DNA of 64,000 bases, taken from Eledone cirrhosa (lineage: Eukaryota). This document shows positions 11,467 to 23,498 of the stretch, piece after piece. Below the pieces are notes generated by a model, which was not told where the DNA came from, did no database searches, and worked only from the letters and a program-made list of their open reading frames with translations. Both the position numbers and the translations under genes were made by a program. How positions within the stretch are numbered: position 1 is the first letter of the stretch; each line of letters starts with the position of its first letter. Where the stretch lies: positions 208,444,001 to 208,508,000 of the forward strand of contig OZ024741.1 in the NCBI GenBank assembly GCA_964016885.1, in the 5' to 3' direction.

Positions 11467-13374
11467 CTATGATGAACAGGAGGGGCTAAGAACAGAGCCC
11501 TGGTGGACCCCAACCTGTACGCTAAATTCCTCGCTATACTCATTGCTAATCCTAACTTTGCTGACTGCTCCCCTATACATGGCTTGTACCGCTTTCACAA
11601 GCCATTCATCTACTCCTAGTTTTCTAAGAGCCCACCAGATTACAGCACATGGAACTCTGTCAAAGGCTTTCTCAAGGTCGACAAATGCCAAGTAGAGTGG
11701 CTTACTTTTAGCTAAGTACTTTTCCTGTAATTGCCTCACAAGGAAGAGGGCATCAGTGGTGCCTCTTCCTGGTACAAACCCAAATTGCATCTCGTCTATT
11801 TTCACCCGGTCCCTAATCAACTGTGCTATAACTCTTTCTGTTACTTTCATGACCTGGTCCATCAACTTTATACCTCTATAGTTTCCTCTAACTAGTGCAT
11901 CGCCTTTACCTTTGTAGCAGTTGACAATGATGCTACTGTACCAATCTTTTGGTATGGCACCTTCTAGTATTACCTGGTTAACAATACGTGTGGTTATAGT
12001 GTGACCTACAGACCCAGATGCCTTCAGCATCTCGGCAGCTATACCCGATGGACCGGTTGCCTTCCCCATCTTCATATCTTTGATTGCCTTACTTACTACG
12101 CTGCTGCTGACTTGTACTGCTGGTCCCTCTATAGGGTCTACTTGGGGTAGGGTCTCTTCTTCCCATGCACTCTCCTCATTTAGTAATCTATCATAATGAC
12201 TCTTCCATGCATCTTTCTTCTCAGCACTTGTGAGGGCAAGCTCACCTTTATCATTCCGGATACACTTCTCTCCAATGACATCACAACTATCTCTGACACA
12301 CTGCCTCGCAATCTTGAATACCTCCTGTTTCTGGTCCTCACATTGCAAAATATGCTTGAATTTTCTATCCTCTGCTTCTCTCCTAGCTAAGTATACTTGT
12401 CGCCTAGCTTCCCTCTTGGTCTCTATGTAATGTACCCTGCTCCCCCCGTTCTTCCATTCTTTCCATGCCTGTCTCTTGGCCTTAACTGCTTCATCTACCT
12501 TATTGTTCCACCACCAAGTCACTCTCCTCCTGCTTGAGGTCTTACTCCAGCCACAGACCTCATCCGTCGGCTCTAGTAAATTATTTTTTAGGAACTCCCA
12601 GTTCTCTTCTACATTAAATGTCTCTATCTGTTCTTCTTTACTGTCGTAGGCGTTGAGAAAAATATCTTTAAATCTGTTACTGGTTGAGGGGACTTTCAGC
12701 TTCCAGATCTTTCTTCTCCAGGTTGGCCTCTGTTTCCGGGTTCGTCTAGTTCTGACCGTGAGGTCGCTGACAACTAAGCTATGTTGGGATGTACATTCCT
12801 CACTAGGGAAGGCTTCTGTGTTTACGACCGTCCATCTGTCACGTCCTCTGATGAGGATAAAATCTATCTGACTAGAGTGCTCCTCTGATCTATAGGTGAT
12901 CAGGTGGTTGTCGGGTTTTTTAAAGTTTGTGTTACATATCGACATGTCATTGGCGTCGCAGAATTCTAAAAGTCTGAATCCTTCCTCATTCCTTGTGCCA
13001 ACCCCATGGCCTCCATGTACTCTATTGAAGCCGTCGCAGTGTTTACCTACGTGTCCGTTAAAATCTCCTGCGATGATTAGGAAGTCATTGTCGTCTGTTA
13101 GAGCAGTAGTGTGCATTAGGGACTCGTAAAACCTATCCTTAAGTTCATCTGGCAGCCCCGATTGAGGTGCGTAAGCTGATATTATTGTGGTAATTGTTTT
13201 ATTCAGGACTAGTCTGAGTTTAATGATTCTTGCATTTACCCTGTACACTGAGATTACTTTATCAACCCACTTGTCAGCTAGTAGTATACCTACACCACCC
13301 ATCCCATCGTAATTTCCCACCCAGAAAAATTTGTAGCACCGACTTTTTCCTACGAGGACTCTTGCACACAGCAT
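11467..13374 (-). pseudogene. RTE ORF: AP endonuclease + RT N-terminal part
   Basis: 635-aa ORF with APE and RT motifs. Continues by frameshift from 13350-13541 and into 10865-11380 and 10448-10858. Confidence 0.9.
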
Positions 13375-13992
13375 ACATCAATTTCCTTTCGCTCTAGCAT
13401 TTCTACGATTTCTTCTGCTCTTCTTTTCATTGAGCCTGCATTGATGGTACCAACTCGGAGTTTTGGGCATTTGTCGACACTCGTAGGGAAGGGTCTCTGG
13501 GTTGGCGCTTCACGTGGGTGCTTGGTAGCTCGCAGATTCATATTTCATCTATTGATTCAGAGTTGCTCAAATTTATTCTCAGCTCATCCATCCATAACGG
13601 TGGGAAAATTGAGGGCTAGAAGAACAGTGGTGGTGGGATAATGGCAGAGTGTGTTGGGCTGCGACAGGGGAGGAGAGAGTTAGTTAGGTAGTAGTAGTAG
13701 TAGCAGCAGCAGCCATAGAAATGGCATGCTGAGGTTTGATTGGTCGAATAGGCTATGGGGTGGGAGGGAAATTGTGAGGTAGGCACTGAGGGTCGCCTTC
13801 AAGACTGCATGGTAAATCCGAAATAATACAGCAGAAAAACAGGGTAAATCCGAAATAATACAGCAGAAAACAGCAGTAATATTAATAATAATAACGTCAT
13901 AAGAGCTAAGATACCTTCTAAAATTTGTATGGATGGGTGGCTGGAACGAAACCGAATCAACACTAGTGACACATTTTAGCAGATATATATAA

Positions 13993-14024
<32 letters not shown>

Positions 14025-14090
14025 ACAAATATATATTTATATATATATAAATATATATTTATATATATATATATAAATATATATTTATAT

Positions 14091-14176
<86 letters not shown>

Positions 14177-14609
14177 TTCAAATTTGCCGGTCATTCGATG
14201 CGGGAAGGAGCAATTTAACGGACACGATTTTTAACTGTGGTAAGAAATGTTTTTCTTATATCAAAGTTTAATGGGCTTCCACTGATGATATATAAGCGCC
14301 CACCTAAATATATTCTTACATGAATGTATATTAGGCTTCTACATAAACTGGAAATATTCTCCGAATTTGTAGAAAACTTATAATCAAACAATTGTTTGGA
14401 AAGAGAGATATATTTTAACTTTAATTATATCTCATAAAATAATACAACTGGCTTTTCCACATAATACATATTGTTAGCACCCCAAACACTTAAATTGGGT
14501 TTATATTAAAATATAACCTAATGTTTGTTGAGTGAGATGGTTACCAGTCAGAGATTAGCTTTAAACTATCTCTGTTATTGTATTAATATTTATATATATA
14601 TATATATAA

Positions 14610-14642
<33 letters not shown>

Positions 14643-14697
14643 AATATATAAATATATATATATAAATAAATATAAATATATATATATAAATATATAA

Positions 14698-14728
<31 letters not shown>

Positions 14729-14995
14729 GGCACATGGTTTAGTGGTTAGAGCATTGGCCTTGCAATCGAAAGGTTGTGAGTTCAATTCTCAGACCGGGTG
14801 ATGTGTTGTTTCCTTGAGCAAGACACTTTATTTCACATTGCTCCAGTTTACTCAGCTGTAGAAATGAGATGATAGGGACTGGGGTCCATATCATTCCACT
14901 GCAAAGTGGTCGTGGAGGTGCCACGGCAAAAAAGCACCCAGCACTCACTGTAAATGAGGTTGGTGTTAGGAAGGGCATCCAGCTGTAGAAATCAA
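14729..14995 (+). mobile_element. tRNA-derived SINE with RTE-related 3' part
   Basis: A box tggtttagtgg, B box gttcaattc, central ccttgagcaagacactttatttc. 3' ~90 bp matches the RTE 3'UTR at 10273-10412. Confidence 0.8.
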
Positions 14996-15006
14996 GAAAT
15001 ATATAT

Positions 15007-15060
<54 letters not shown>

Positions 15061-15061
<1 letters not shown>

Positions 15062-15150
15062 TTGTTATACTTGGGGAGGGTCATATTTGTGTAATATTGC
15101 CAGAATTAATAACAGAACACACTCACTGTTTGGTTGGTATAAATAAATAT
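15061..15150 (-). mobile_element. PLE terminal remnant in (TA)n
   Basis: attgttatacttggggagggtcat resembles attgttatacttttggagggtcat at ~6147 in the PLE 3' region. Confidence 0.45.
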
Positions 15151-16028
15151 ATATATATATATAGCCAATCATTAATTCTTTATATCAAGCAATGTACATA
15201 TATCAAAGGGAGGGTGGCAAAAATCATGGAATGAGTCCAAATTTACCAACCAAGACCTTATCCAGGACCCCATATCTAAATTAGCTCTCTTGTTTTATTA
15301 AGTAAGGTATGGAATTTTCCATTTCTAATCCCTTAACTGCTGGACTTCTGATGGGTTTAAGAAATATTTTGAAATTGATAACATGGGTTCTTTATTTAAT
15401 CATTACACAAAATAATATAGCCTTAACTTTTATCACACTCCAGTGAGTTCTTTCATCAGACATGGAAACAAACTATAACTTTCCTGTTCACACTTACAAA
15501 ACAACAGATGCTAAGAAGTTGAGAATTGTAAGATGAAAGCAAATCACCTTCTCCCATCCACACACTCTCACATATACACCCACATCAATACATATTATAC
15601 ACTACTTGCTGCTGACTAGAACAACTGAAAGACACATGAACAAAAGTGATCTGCAGTATAACAGCCTGTCAGTACATTGCTTAAATAAGTCAAATATATT
15701 TACACTTTGGCAAGACAATATTTTGATCTGTTTTTGGTCAATATTCCTTTATTTAGCCACCAGTATAGGAAAATTTCTTATATCAACACCAATTCAGGTC
15801 ACAATACAACTAAGAATATTTCACTTACTGAGAGTACCTAAGAGTTGGCACCAGTTCAGGACTGTTCTCATGCTAATCATTATCAGCTGAAATCAATGTA
15901 TTAGCAGAATTGGCTTCATTGAAAAAGTAGAGAGGATGGGGAGGGAAACAAAGGTGTATAGTAATTACAAGAATAATAAGGGAAATATTAATAGATATAT
16001 ATATATATATATATATGATATTAAATAT

Positions 16029-16400
16029 ATGATATTAAATAAATGGAAACTAGATTTATAAAACCATATTTATTTTATTATATATATTTCAAGGGTACCA
16101 AGACAACATTCGTACGCTTTCATCAGATATTCACTGGATAGTGACTATCCAGTGAATTTCCAACCGATAAAGTATGATTTTCATTGGTATAAAACAAACT
16201 TTGTATTTTATCTGATGAAAGCGTACCAATGTTGTCTTGGTACCCTTGAAATATATATAATAAAATAGATATGGTTTTATAAATATAGTTTCCATTTATT
16301 TAATATCATTGAATATTTACTCCAGAATCTGTTGAGTTCTCTAAATTAGTTATAAACATTTATATTTGTCGGACTTCCAACAAATTAAATACCCCTTCTA
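16029..16400. mobile_element. Non-coding fold-back mini-element (101-bp inverted arms 16029-16129 / 16209-16309) containing an HHR; PLE pLTR-type
   Basis: Arms are near-exact reverse complements; inner 14-bp hairpin at 16129-16157; flanked by (TA)n. Confidence 0.8.
16204..16267 (+). ncRNA. Type I hammerhead ribozyme, apparently intact
   Basis: tattttat CTGATGA aag-c-gtaccaa tgttgtc ttggtac-c-ctt GAAA tatata TA ataaaata: 8-bp stem I, ~10-bp stem II, palindromic stem III. Predicted cut after 16259. Confidence 0.8.
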
Positions 16401-16580
16401 CTTATATATATATATATATATACAAATATATTACACAAAGAGAAGTGTGTTACACAGTGAGATGTGTGTAAAGAATTATTACAATTTGAGCTCAGAAGAA
16501 AATTCTCTATTCTTCTTTGAGCTAATACTATTATTATCATTACAGTGAACTGCGGAATACTCTTAATTCCGATCTTTGTA

Positions 16581-16681
<101 letters not shown>

Positions 16682-16730
16682 AGAAATGAATACAAAGGAG
16701 TAAATACCGTTAAAACATGTTTATATAACA

Positions 16731-16775
16731 ATTCACCTACGTACGTTTCGCCTAGAACGGGCTCCTCAAGGGTAT
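16731..16775 (-). ncRNA. Minimal hammerhead motif (U3 variant)
   Basis: Minus strand reads ccc TTGAGGA gcc-cgttcta-ggc GAAA cgtacg TA ggt. Confidence 0.6.
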
Positions 16776-17121
16776 AGAAAACAAAAGAATTATCAGTACG
16801 CGACCCAGGAGGGGTTTTAAGGTTAAATTCACACCACAGTTCATTCTTCGCTTAAGTACATGTGTTGTTATTGTCGCAACTAATCACAGTAAGAACACCA
16901 AAACACGGCACCTTAGCACAGATACATCTAGACCCGACAACAACACTAACAGCCTTAACGTCTCCCTAACAGCACCCAATAGTGTTGTTGGCAGCCCCGG
17001 CAGACGAAACCGACATAATCAAGGCGAGACTGATGAATATGCTGGTGACTCGCACAGATCACCCACCGGCAACGGAACGGGCTACGGCGTACGGAGGGAT
17101 AATGATACTACCCCGCACGCC

Positions 17122-17655
17122 TTGAGATATAACAGTACCAATGACCGAGATAGAGACATAGATAACAACATAGATAGCAATAGTAATAGCTTTACTTCAG
17201 GAACTAGGAGCGACCGTGACAGAAAATGCAACTGTCATGACAGGGGAGGCTGCCCTCTCAGGGGAAACTGCCTGACTGATAAGGTTTTTCATAGGTGCAC
17301 CATAACTAGCCATAATGGAGTTAAACACTACATAGGGGCCACCTCTGGCCAGTTTAAAACGAGATTTAGAACGCATCTCCACTCTTTCAGGAACAAAAAA
17401 CTAAGGCACTCCACGTCACTTGCCAATTACGTCACTACATTAAAAGACGCCAACATCAGCTTCTTCACACGCTGGGATATTGTCGGTAGAGCTGCACCCT
17501 ACAATTTCAAGAGGAAGTGCGAGGTTTGCTTCATGGAGCTTTATTTCATCATAAGAACACCCCACGAGCTCATAAACAGCAGAGCCGAATCAGTCATAAA
17601 CGGTAAGCACCGAATGCCATCGTCTTACTTCGAGTGGGAAGCAACTGTGGCTTGA
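17122..17655 (+). pseudogene. PLE GIY-YIG endonuclease fragment
   Basis: CNC..CPLRGNCL; HYIGATSGQFKTRFRTHLHSF; TSLANYV; WDIV; CEVCFME; INSRAE. Confidence 0.85.
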
Positions 17656-17979
17656 AAACTATAAACTGGGTCCCTCTGCCCAAACCATAACACTCCGGTG
17701 GGCAGGCGGCGTAAACAAACATCTCTGAACTAAATATGCGTCCCAGACCCGGCTCGAACCGGCATTAGTGAAGCAGCATCCAGAAAATAATAACGCAAAA
17801 CACCATAATGTGAACGGGTAAAAAAGCCAGAGGGACAAGATTATCCAAGCACCGGCCAGAGTTGCTCCCCCTCCTCTGCGACAATAACAAAACATGTACT
17901 CAAGCGAAGAATGAACTCTCATGTGAATTTAACCTTAAAAGCCCTCCTGGGTCGCGTACTGATCATTTTTTTGTTTTCT

Positions 17980-18024
17980 ATGCCCTTGAGAAGCCCGTTC
18001 TGGGCGAAACGTACGTAGGTGCAT
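17980..18024 (+). ncRNA. Minimal hammerhead motif, core mutated (TTGAGAA)
   Basis: atgccc TTGAGAA gccc-gttct-gggc GAAA cgtacg TA ggtgcat. Confidence 0.55.
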
Positions 18025-18290
18025 TGTTATATAAACATGTTTCAACGGTATATACTCCTTTGTATTCATTTATTTTGTAACCGCTCTGCATATTTTCTCG
18101 CCCACTAAATATTAACGCTTCTAATATTTAAACATGTAGGGACAGGTATTGAGCACGTTTGCGCAAACTATTGGCAACTAAATATATGTATCGCTTATCT
18201 TTCTTTTTTTCTCTCTCTCGATACTTAAACATTCTATATATATATATACATATGTATGTATTTACTGCATATATATATATATATATATAT

Positions 18291-19106
18291 AAATATAAAT
18301 TAGCGAGAATCGTTTTCAGCTCAGGAATTAACGAAAATCAACGTCCGATATGTGTGGCAAGCGCTCGATGAATCATATGAATCAGAGCTACAACATACGT
18401 TAAGGGCCAAACACACTGAGATGATGGTTAAACATATCATCCGCACAGCCAAAACAAAACGACCAAGTAATTCGGGTCAAACAATAAAAATATATGTGTT
18501 GATACTTTCCCGGACCCTGGACTGATGGTAAAATCCAGTATTGGTTTCTGCGACTCCAAAATCAGGTACTGTCCGCCTACATAAAGAATGTTGGGCTTCT
18601 GGTGAGATGATGAACAAGGTAGTCGTGTTATCAACGGGTTTTGCTCCAAGATGCTATAGATAGTGTGGCTATTACTGACCCCTCGTGGGATTCAGCAAGG
18701 GAGGTAACACCTCTATTAAGCGAATGATTCAGTTGTGTATTATTGCGAGAATGCAAAATATCACAAATCGAATAAAGCTCTCGACAGAATAGTTAAATAT
18801 AACAGAGCTATTCAACAGTCAATATAAGTAACTGAAAAAATCAATAAAATTAACTGCTCAATAGCTAGACTCAGGAGATTAATACAAATATAAATTAGCG
18901 AGAATCGTTTTCAGCTCAGGAATTAACGAAAATCAACGTCCGATATGTGTGGCAAGCGCTCGATGAATCATATGAATCAGAGCTACAACATACGTTAAGG
19001 GCCAAACACACTGAGATGATGGTTAAACATATCATCCGCACAGCCAAAACAAAACGACCAAGTAATTCGGGTCAAACAATAAAAATATATGTGTTGATAC
19101 TTTCCC
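18291..19106. repeat. Non-coding element with identical 221-bp direct repeats (18291-18511, 18886-19106), set in (TA)n
   Basis: No differences seen between the copies; 374-bp unique middle; AATAAA near the repeat end. Confidence 0.9.
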
Positions 19107-19324
19107 TTGTATATATATATATATATATATATACAAGCATACACACACACATACGTACATACTGCTCCCTCGTTATCGAGTATGGCCATTGCACGAGAAA
19201 ATAACCCATAATAATAACAATAATAATAATAACAACAACAACAATAACGACAACAACAACAACAATAATAATATACATATATATACATACGCGCACACAC
19301 ATAAACATATCTACACACACACGA

Positions 19325-20408
19325 TAGCAATTAACAGCGTTGCGATCGAATGTGGCTTTTTAGCCCAGCCAATTATCTAAAGTGTCTTGCACAGAGTTGG
19401 CAACCAAAACATTCACTGGGAATAGCCGGCTGTGGTTGGAGTTCATGTACTTTTGCATGTCGTTTGATCCCTCCTGCTGATTTACATTCTCTACCACATG
19501 CTTGGCAAGCATGATGAGTAGCATCTCTAACAGCAGCCTGGTAGTCAACCACTGGTCTTACTTTATGACTGCGAACATGACTTTCGAGTCCAGCTTTGCT
19601 TAGGCAGAGTCTCGCACAGAAGCAGCATGTCAGCGCCATAGGAGGACCTTCGCCATCTGGAAATGCAGCAGCAATGCCCTTCCTCACATCCCGCTTTACT
19701 TTCTCCTATGCGATTCGAGATGCCTCAAAGACAACTTCCCCTCATAAACAGTCTTTCTCCATTTATTACGATCAACAGCAACATTTTCCCATGTATCAGC
19801 AGAGATGTTAGCGTCTTTCAAAGAGGCTTTCAAGGAATCCTTATACTTTTTTTTTGGTTTATGTGGCGGTCGTTTTCCTTTAACTAACTCTCCATAAAAG
19901 AGTTGTTTTGGTATTCTAGAATACTTCATCCTGGAAAGGTGACCACTCCAACGGAATCGTTGCTTAAGCACAAGAGCTTCTATCCTGTCATACAGAGAGC
20001 TTTCCAAAATCTCGACATCACTGATGTGGTCCCTCCAGTGAACGCCATGGATCCGTCTGAGACACATCTGATGGAAACGCTCCAATTGCTTAAGGTGGTG
20101 TCGATATGTGACCCAGGTCTCGCAGGCATAAATAAGAGAAGAGAGCACACATGCCTTGTACACCTTTACCTTTGTCTTTTTGCATATGTCTCGCCGACCC
20201 CAGAGTCGCCTTTCTAGCTTTCCGAAAGCATCACTTGCTTTCTTAATCCTGAGTGGGATTTCATTATCAAGGTTGACAGTGCTTCCCAGGTGAACAAACT
20301 GATCAACCACTCGAAGTCGTTTACCATACACATAGATATTTGGTTCACTGTACTGCTTATAAGGGGCAGGTTGGCACATGACGACGGTTTTCTTGAGACT
20401 GACAGTGA
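19325..20408 (-). mobile_element. RTE (BovB-like) LINE 3' fragment with C-terminal C2H2 zinc fingers
   Basis: VSLKKTVVM; FVHLGS; LIYACETW; RFRWSGHLSRM..RIPKQLFYGEL; then CCFC..ESHVRSH, CQAC..RHAKVH, CQLC..KSHIRS. Confidence 0.85.
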
Positions 20409-20507
20409 ATAAACGGTATTTTTCTTTTTGTTTTGTTATTTTTTCATCTTTTTTATTCAATCGATGTATATGAAGGATCACATAAAAACATAACATTAAT
20501 AACAAAA

Positions 20508-20915
20508 GTTCTTCTTCTTCTTCTTCTTCTTCTTCTTCTTCTTCTTCTTCTTCTTCCTGAGAGGGTCGTGAGGGCAAAGTTCTCAAACACTCCTTCCAGC
20601 GAGTCCCGTTAGAAGCAACCGTCTCAAACTGATCGGGTTGAGATCATGGATGCAAGTTTGTTTTCCCCTTTAAAATCTGTCCAGCGATTCACTCCTGCGA
20701 GATTCTAACCACATGCCCATAGTATCGGAGCGGCTCTACTTGGAGTGACTCTCTGATCTCCCAGCTACGCATTCTATCGAGTAACGTTACTCCAAAGACA
20801 CTTAGGAAGAACCCCAATTCAACTGCTTGTATTCGCGATCGTATTCTTTCGGTCATTACCCAAGATTCATGACTATAGGTAAGGATTGGCACGAATACCG
20901 AATTGAAGATGGTCG
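20508..20915 (-). mobile_element. RTE-clade LINE 3' fragment with (GAA)n tail
   Basis: PILTYSHESWVMTERIRSRIQAVE..LDRMRSWEIRESLQVEPL; (TTC)n at 20508-20556. Confidence 0.8.
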
Positions 20916-21065
20916 AGCATTGTCAAAATGGAACATGGGGAGTACATTAGAAAACATAGATATAAAACTTATAACCATACACAGAAAGACGCAATGCTCC
21001 GACATATTACAGAAGTGACAAACATACACGAACTCCAACCAAAATTAAACAGGGAATAGCAACAA

Positions 21066-21232
<167 letters not shown>

Positions 21233-21485
21233 CATTCCAAAGCACTGTCAGATAAGTAGATTCAAAGTTTTAAGTAAAACCTAAAGCACTAGCAATATTC
21301 CTCACTGGCAATTTTCTCAATGGTAATTTTCCCCATGAGCAATTTTCCGCCTGGCAATCTTCCGCCCGGCAATTATCTAACTGATAATTTTCCGTGCACG
21401 AAAATATTACCCTTATCTTATTTATAATTGTATATAGATTATATATATAAGTATAAATATTATTATTAATATCATTATGTATCCT

Positions 21486-21930
21486 CATCATCATCATTTT
21501 ACGTCCGCTTGTCCCTGCGTGCAAGTGTTAGACGGGTCCTATTCAGCACAGCATCTCTCCACTTGTCACGGTCCTTCGTTTTCTCCTCTGTGAGCTTCAG
21601 TGATCTGAGGTCTGCTCTCACCACCCCCGCCCATGTTTTTCGTGGTCTACCTCTACTGCGTCTTCCTTCTACTAGCAATTCTTGGCACTTCTTCACCCAG
21701 CGGTCATCCTCTATGCGCATCACACGTCTATACCATCTCGGCCTTCTCTCCTGCACACCACAACTTATCCTTCTTATACACAGCTTCTCTCTCAACTCAT
21801 CTATGTTTGGTCGTTCACACACATTGACATTTCACATCCAACGGAACATACTTGCTTCATTTCTCTCCAGCCGTCGTATATCTTCTGCAGTTGCTGCTCA
21901 TGTCTCACTACCATGTAACATCGCACATCT
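21486..21930 (-). mobile_element. RTE LINE 3' fragment, related to the 10143-13978 element
   Basis: CGVQERRPRWY..GRPRKTW; 3' end tttacgtccg..ttagacggg with (CAT)n. Confidence 0.85.
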
Positions 21931-22189
21931 CACATATGTGTGTGTGTGTGTATAATTAATATGCATGTATGTGTGTATATATATGTGTGTGTATGTATGC
22001 GTACGTAGATGGTTGGAGAAGGTGACGACGTGAACGTAGCGTCAAATGAGGTAAACTCTTTCTCGCATTAATCACGTAAAACTTCTTAATCTATCATAAA
22101 AACTACAATAGGAACGAAGAAAAGTTAGCTGCATCTGTACAAGAAACGTAGCACTCGCCCCCCTAGTCATAAATAAGCAAATATCAATA

Positions 22190-22800
22190 ATCTCACTGTA
22201 CATTCCTTAAAAAAGATGCAAAATCAATTTATCAAAATTTTGTCATGTTGAAATTGCCTAAAAAAGAATCTACACACCAACAGAACTGCTAGAGGGAAGA
22301 TACTCGATAAAAGTACGCTGGAGCAACAAAAAAAGTCATTGAAAATTTGATACATACAACAGGATACATAAAGAATGCAACGTTTCTCTCGAAGTCCATT
22401 TCTAACTTTAGTGGGAATGATATTTGAATAAATATAAACTAGGCAATGATAGTGTCAATGTAAATATTTCTGGGACATTCCACAGAAAAACACATACTTA
22501 TGCGACAAATATGTTTGTTCAATAAGACAACATGCGATATCACATTGCAGAAAGTAGAATGTATTAATTGTTACAAACTAGTCTGGATTGTACACAGGTT
22601 AAATATATAATGGCAATGGAGATAACGGTAGAGGGACGGCAAAGTTTACCTTAAAAAATAACAATTTAGAGAAGTAAATCGATCAGGAAAACAAAGTGAA
22701 CAAAAAATTAACCAATGAAAATTGAGAAAAACTACATACAAGAATGGAGAAATCAGTTCAATAGAATAGAAAAATATTAGCGACATCAGATAGAACTCCT
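22190..22800 (+). mobile_element. Possible highly decayed LINE RT remnant
   Basis: A-rich strand bias and vague RT-like spacing; no intact motif. Confidence 0.2.
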
Positions 22801-22949
22801 ACTGAATCAATATGAACCACAGCAGAACAAAGATTTAGTGAAACTGGTTATAATAGCATGACCATAATCAAAATATCATACTTTTACACAATATTATTTA
22901 GCAATTAGCCAATGAAAAGGATTGTTACATATAGAAAAAAACAAACAAG

Positions 22950-23290
22950 GTGTGACTGTATAGTTAACAAGTTTGCTTTGCAACCAAGTGGTTTCAAATT
23001 TATTGATACTGCGCGGCCGCTCGGGCAAGTCTTCTGCCGAGTGTCATGTGAGGGAAATTAGGGTAGGGGTGTATGTGTGTGTGTGGGAGTGTGTGTATAT
23101 TTGTGTATATGTCTGATTACGATTTACGCTCCATAATTTAATGCTGCGACAAAAAGAGGTCGATAAAATAAGTACCAAAATTGAAAAACTAGTACTAGAT
23201 GCAATATTAACAGCTGAAAAACTCCCTTCAAGTCGCTGCCACTACATGGAAGGAGATTAATGACTGAAACCAGTGAAAGAGTAAAAGTAA
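22950..23290 (+). mobile_element. Degraded SINE pieces
   Basis: tRNA-like head near 22955; gaggtcgataaaataagtacc block at ~23156; tail aatgactgaaaccagtgaaaga. Confidence 0.5.
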
Positions 23291-23498
23291 CCACCTGAAT
23301 AGTCACTTTGACGTGAATCTCAAATAGCGAGAAAAATAATACAGTTTATATGTAAAAAGTACCCTACACCATATATTGAATACTCTTTTTCTCATTTCTT
23401 TAAAGCATGTAACATTCATATGTGCGTATGTATGTATACATCATGTGTTTGAGCGCACAAATGTATATTTATACCCGCACATTTATATATCATATATA

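Larger units (their letters stand above)
10143..13978 (-). mobile_element. RTE-clade LINE, near full-length, (GAT)n tail, inserted in (TA)n
   Basis: APE motifs GTIN..VQE, SAYAPQ, GDFNGHVG, QIDFIL. RT motifs FVDLEKAFD, HQGSVLSP, YADD. C-terminal RRLRWYGHV. (CAT)n at 10144-10166. Confidence 0.93.
16684..18150 (+). mobile_element. 5'-truncated PLE with inverted pLTR (arms 16684-16878 / 17877-18071)
   Basis: ~195-bp inverted repeats enclose a GIY-YIG remnant; HHR motif in each arm. Confidence 0.85.

Noticed and set aside
14729-14800. tRNA genes suggested by A/B boxes here and at other SINE heads
   Set aside because: No complete cloverleaf; they continue into SINE bodies.
18664-18735. HDV-like ribozyme (ccctcgt loop, gcgaat)
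   Set aside because: P3 and P1 pairings could not be formed.
19696-20586. 296-aa ORF with poly-Glu N-terminus as a fusion protein
   Set aside because: Chance read-through from the (GAA)n tail of one RTE into a second fragment.
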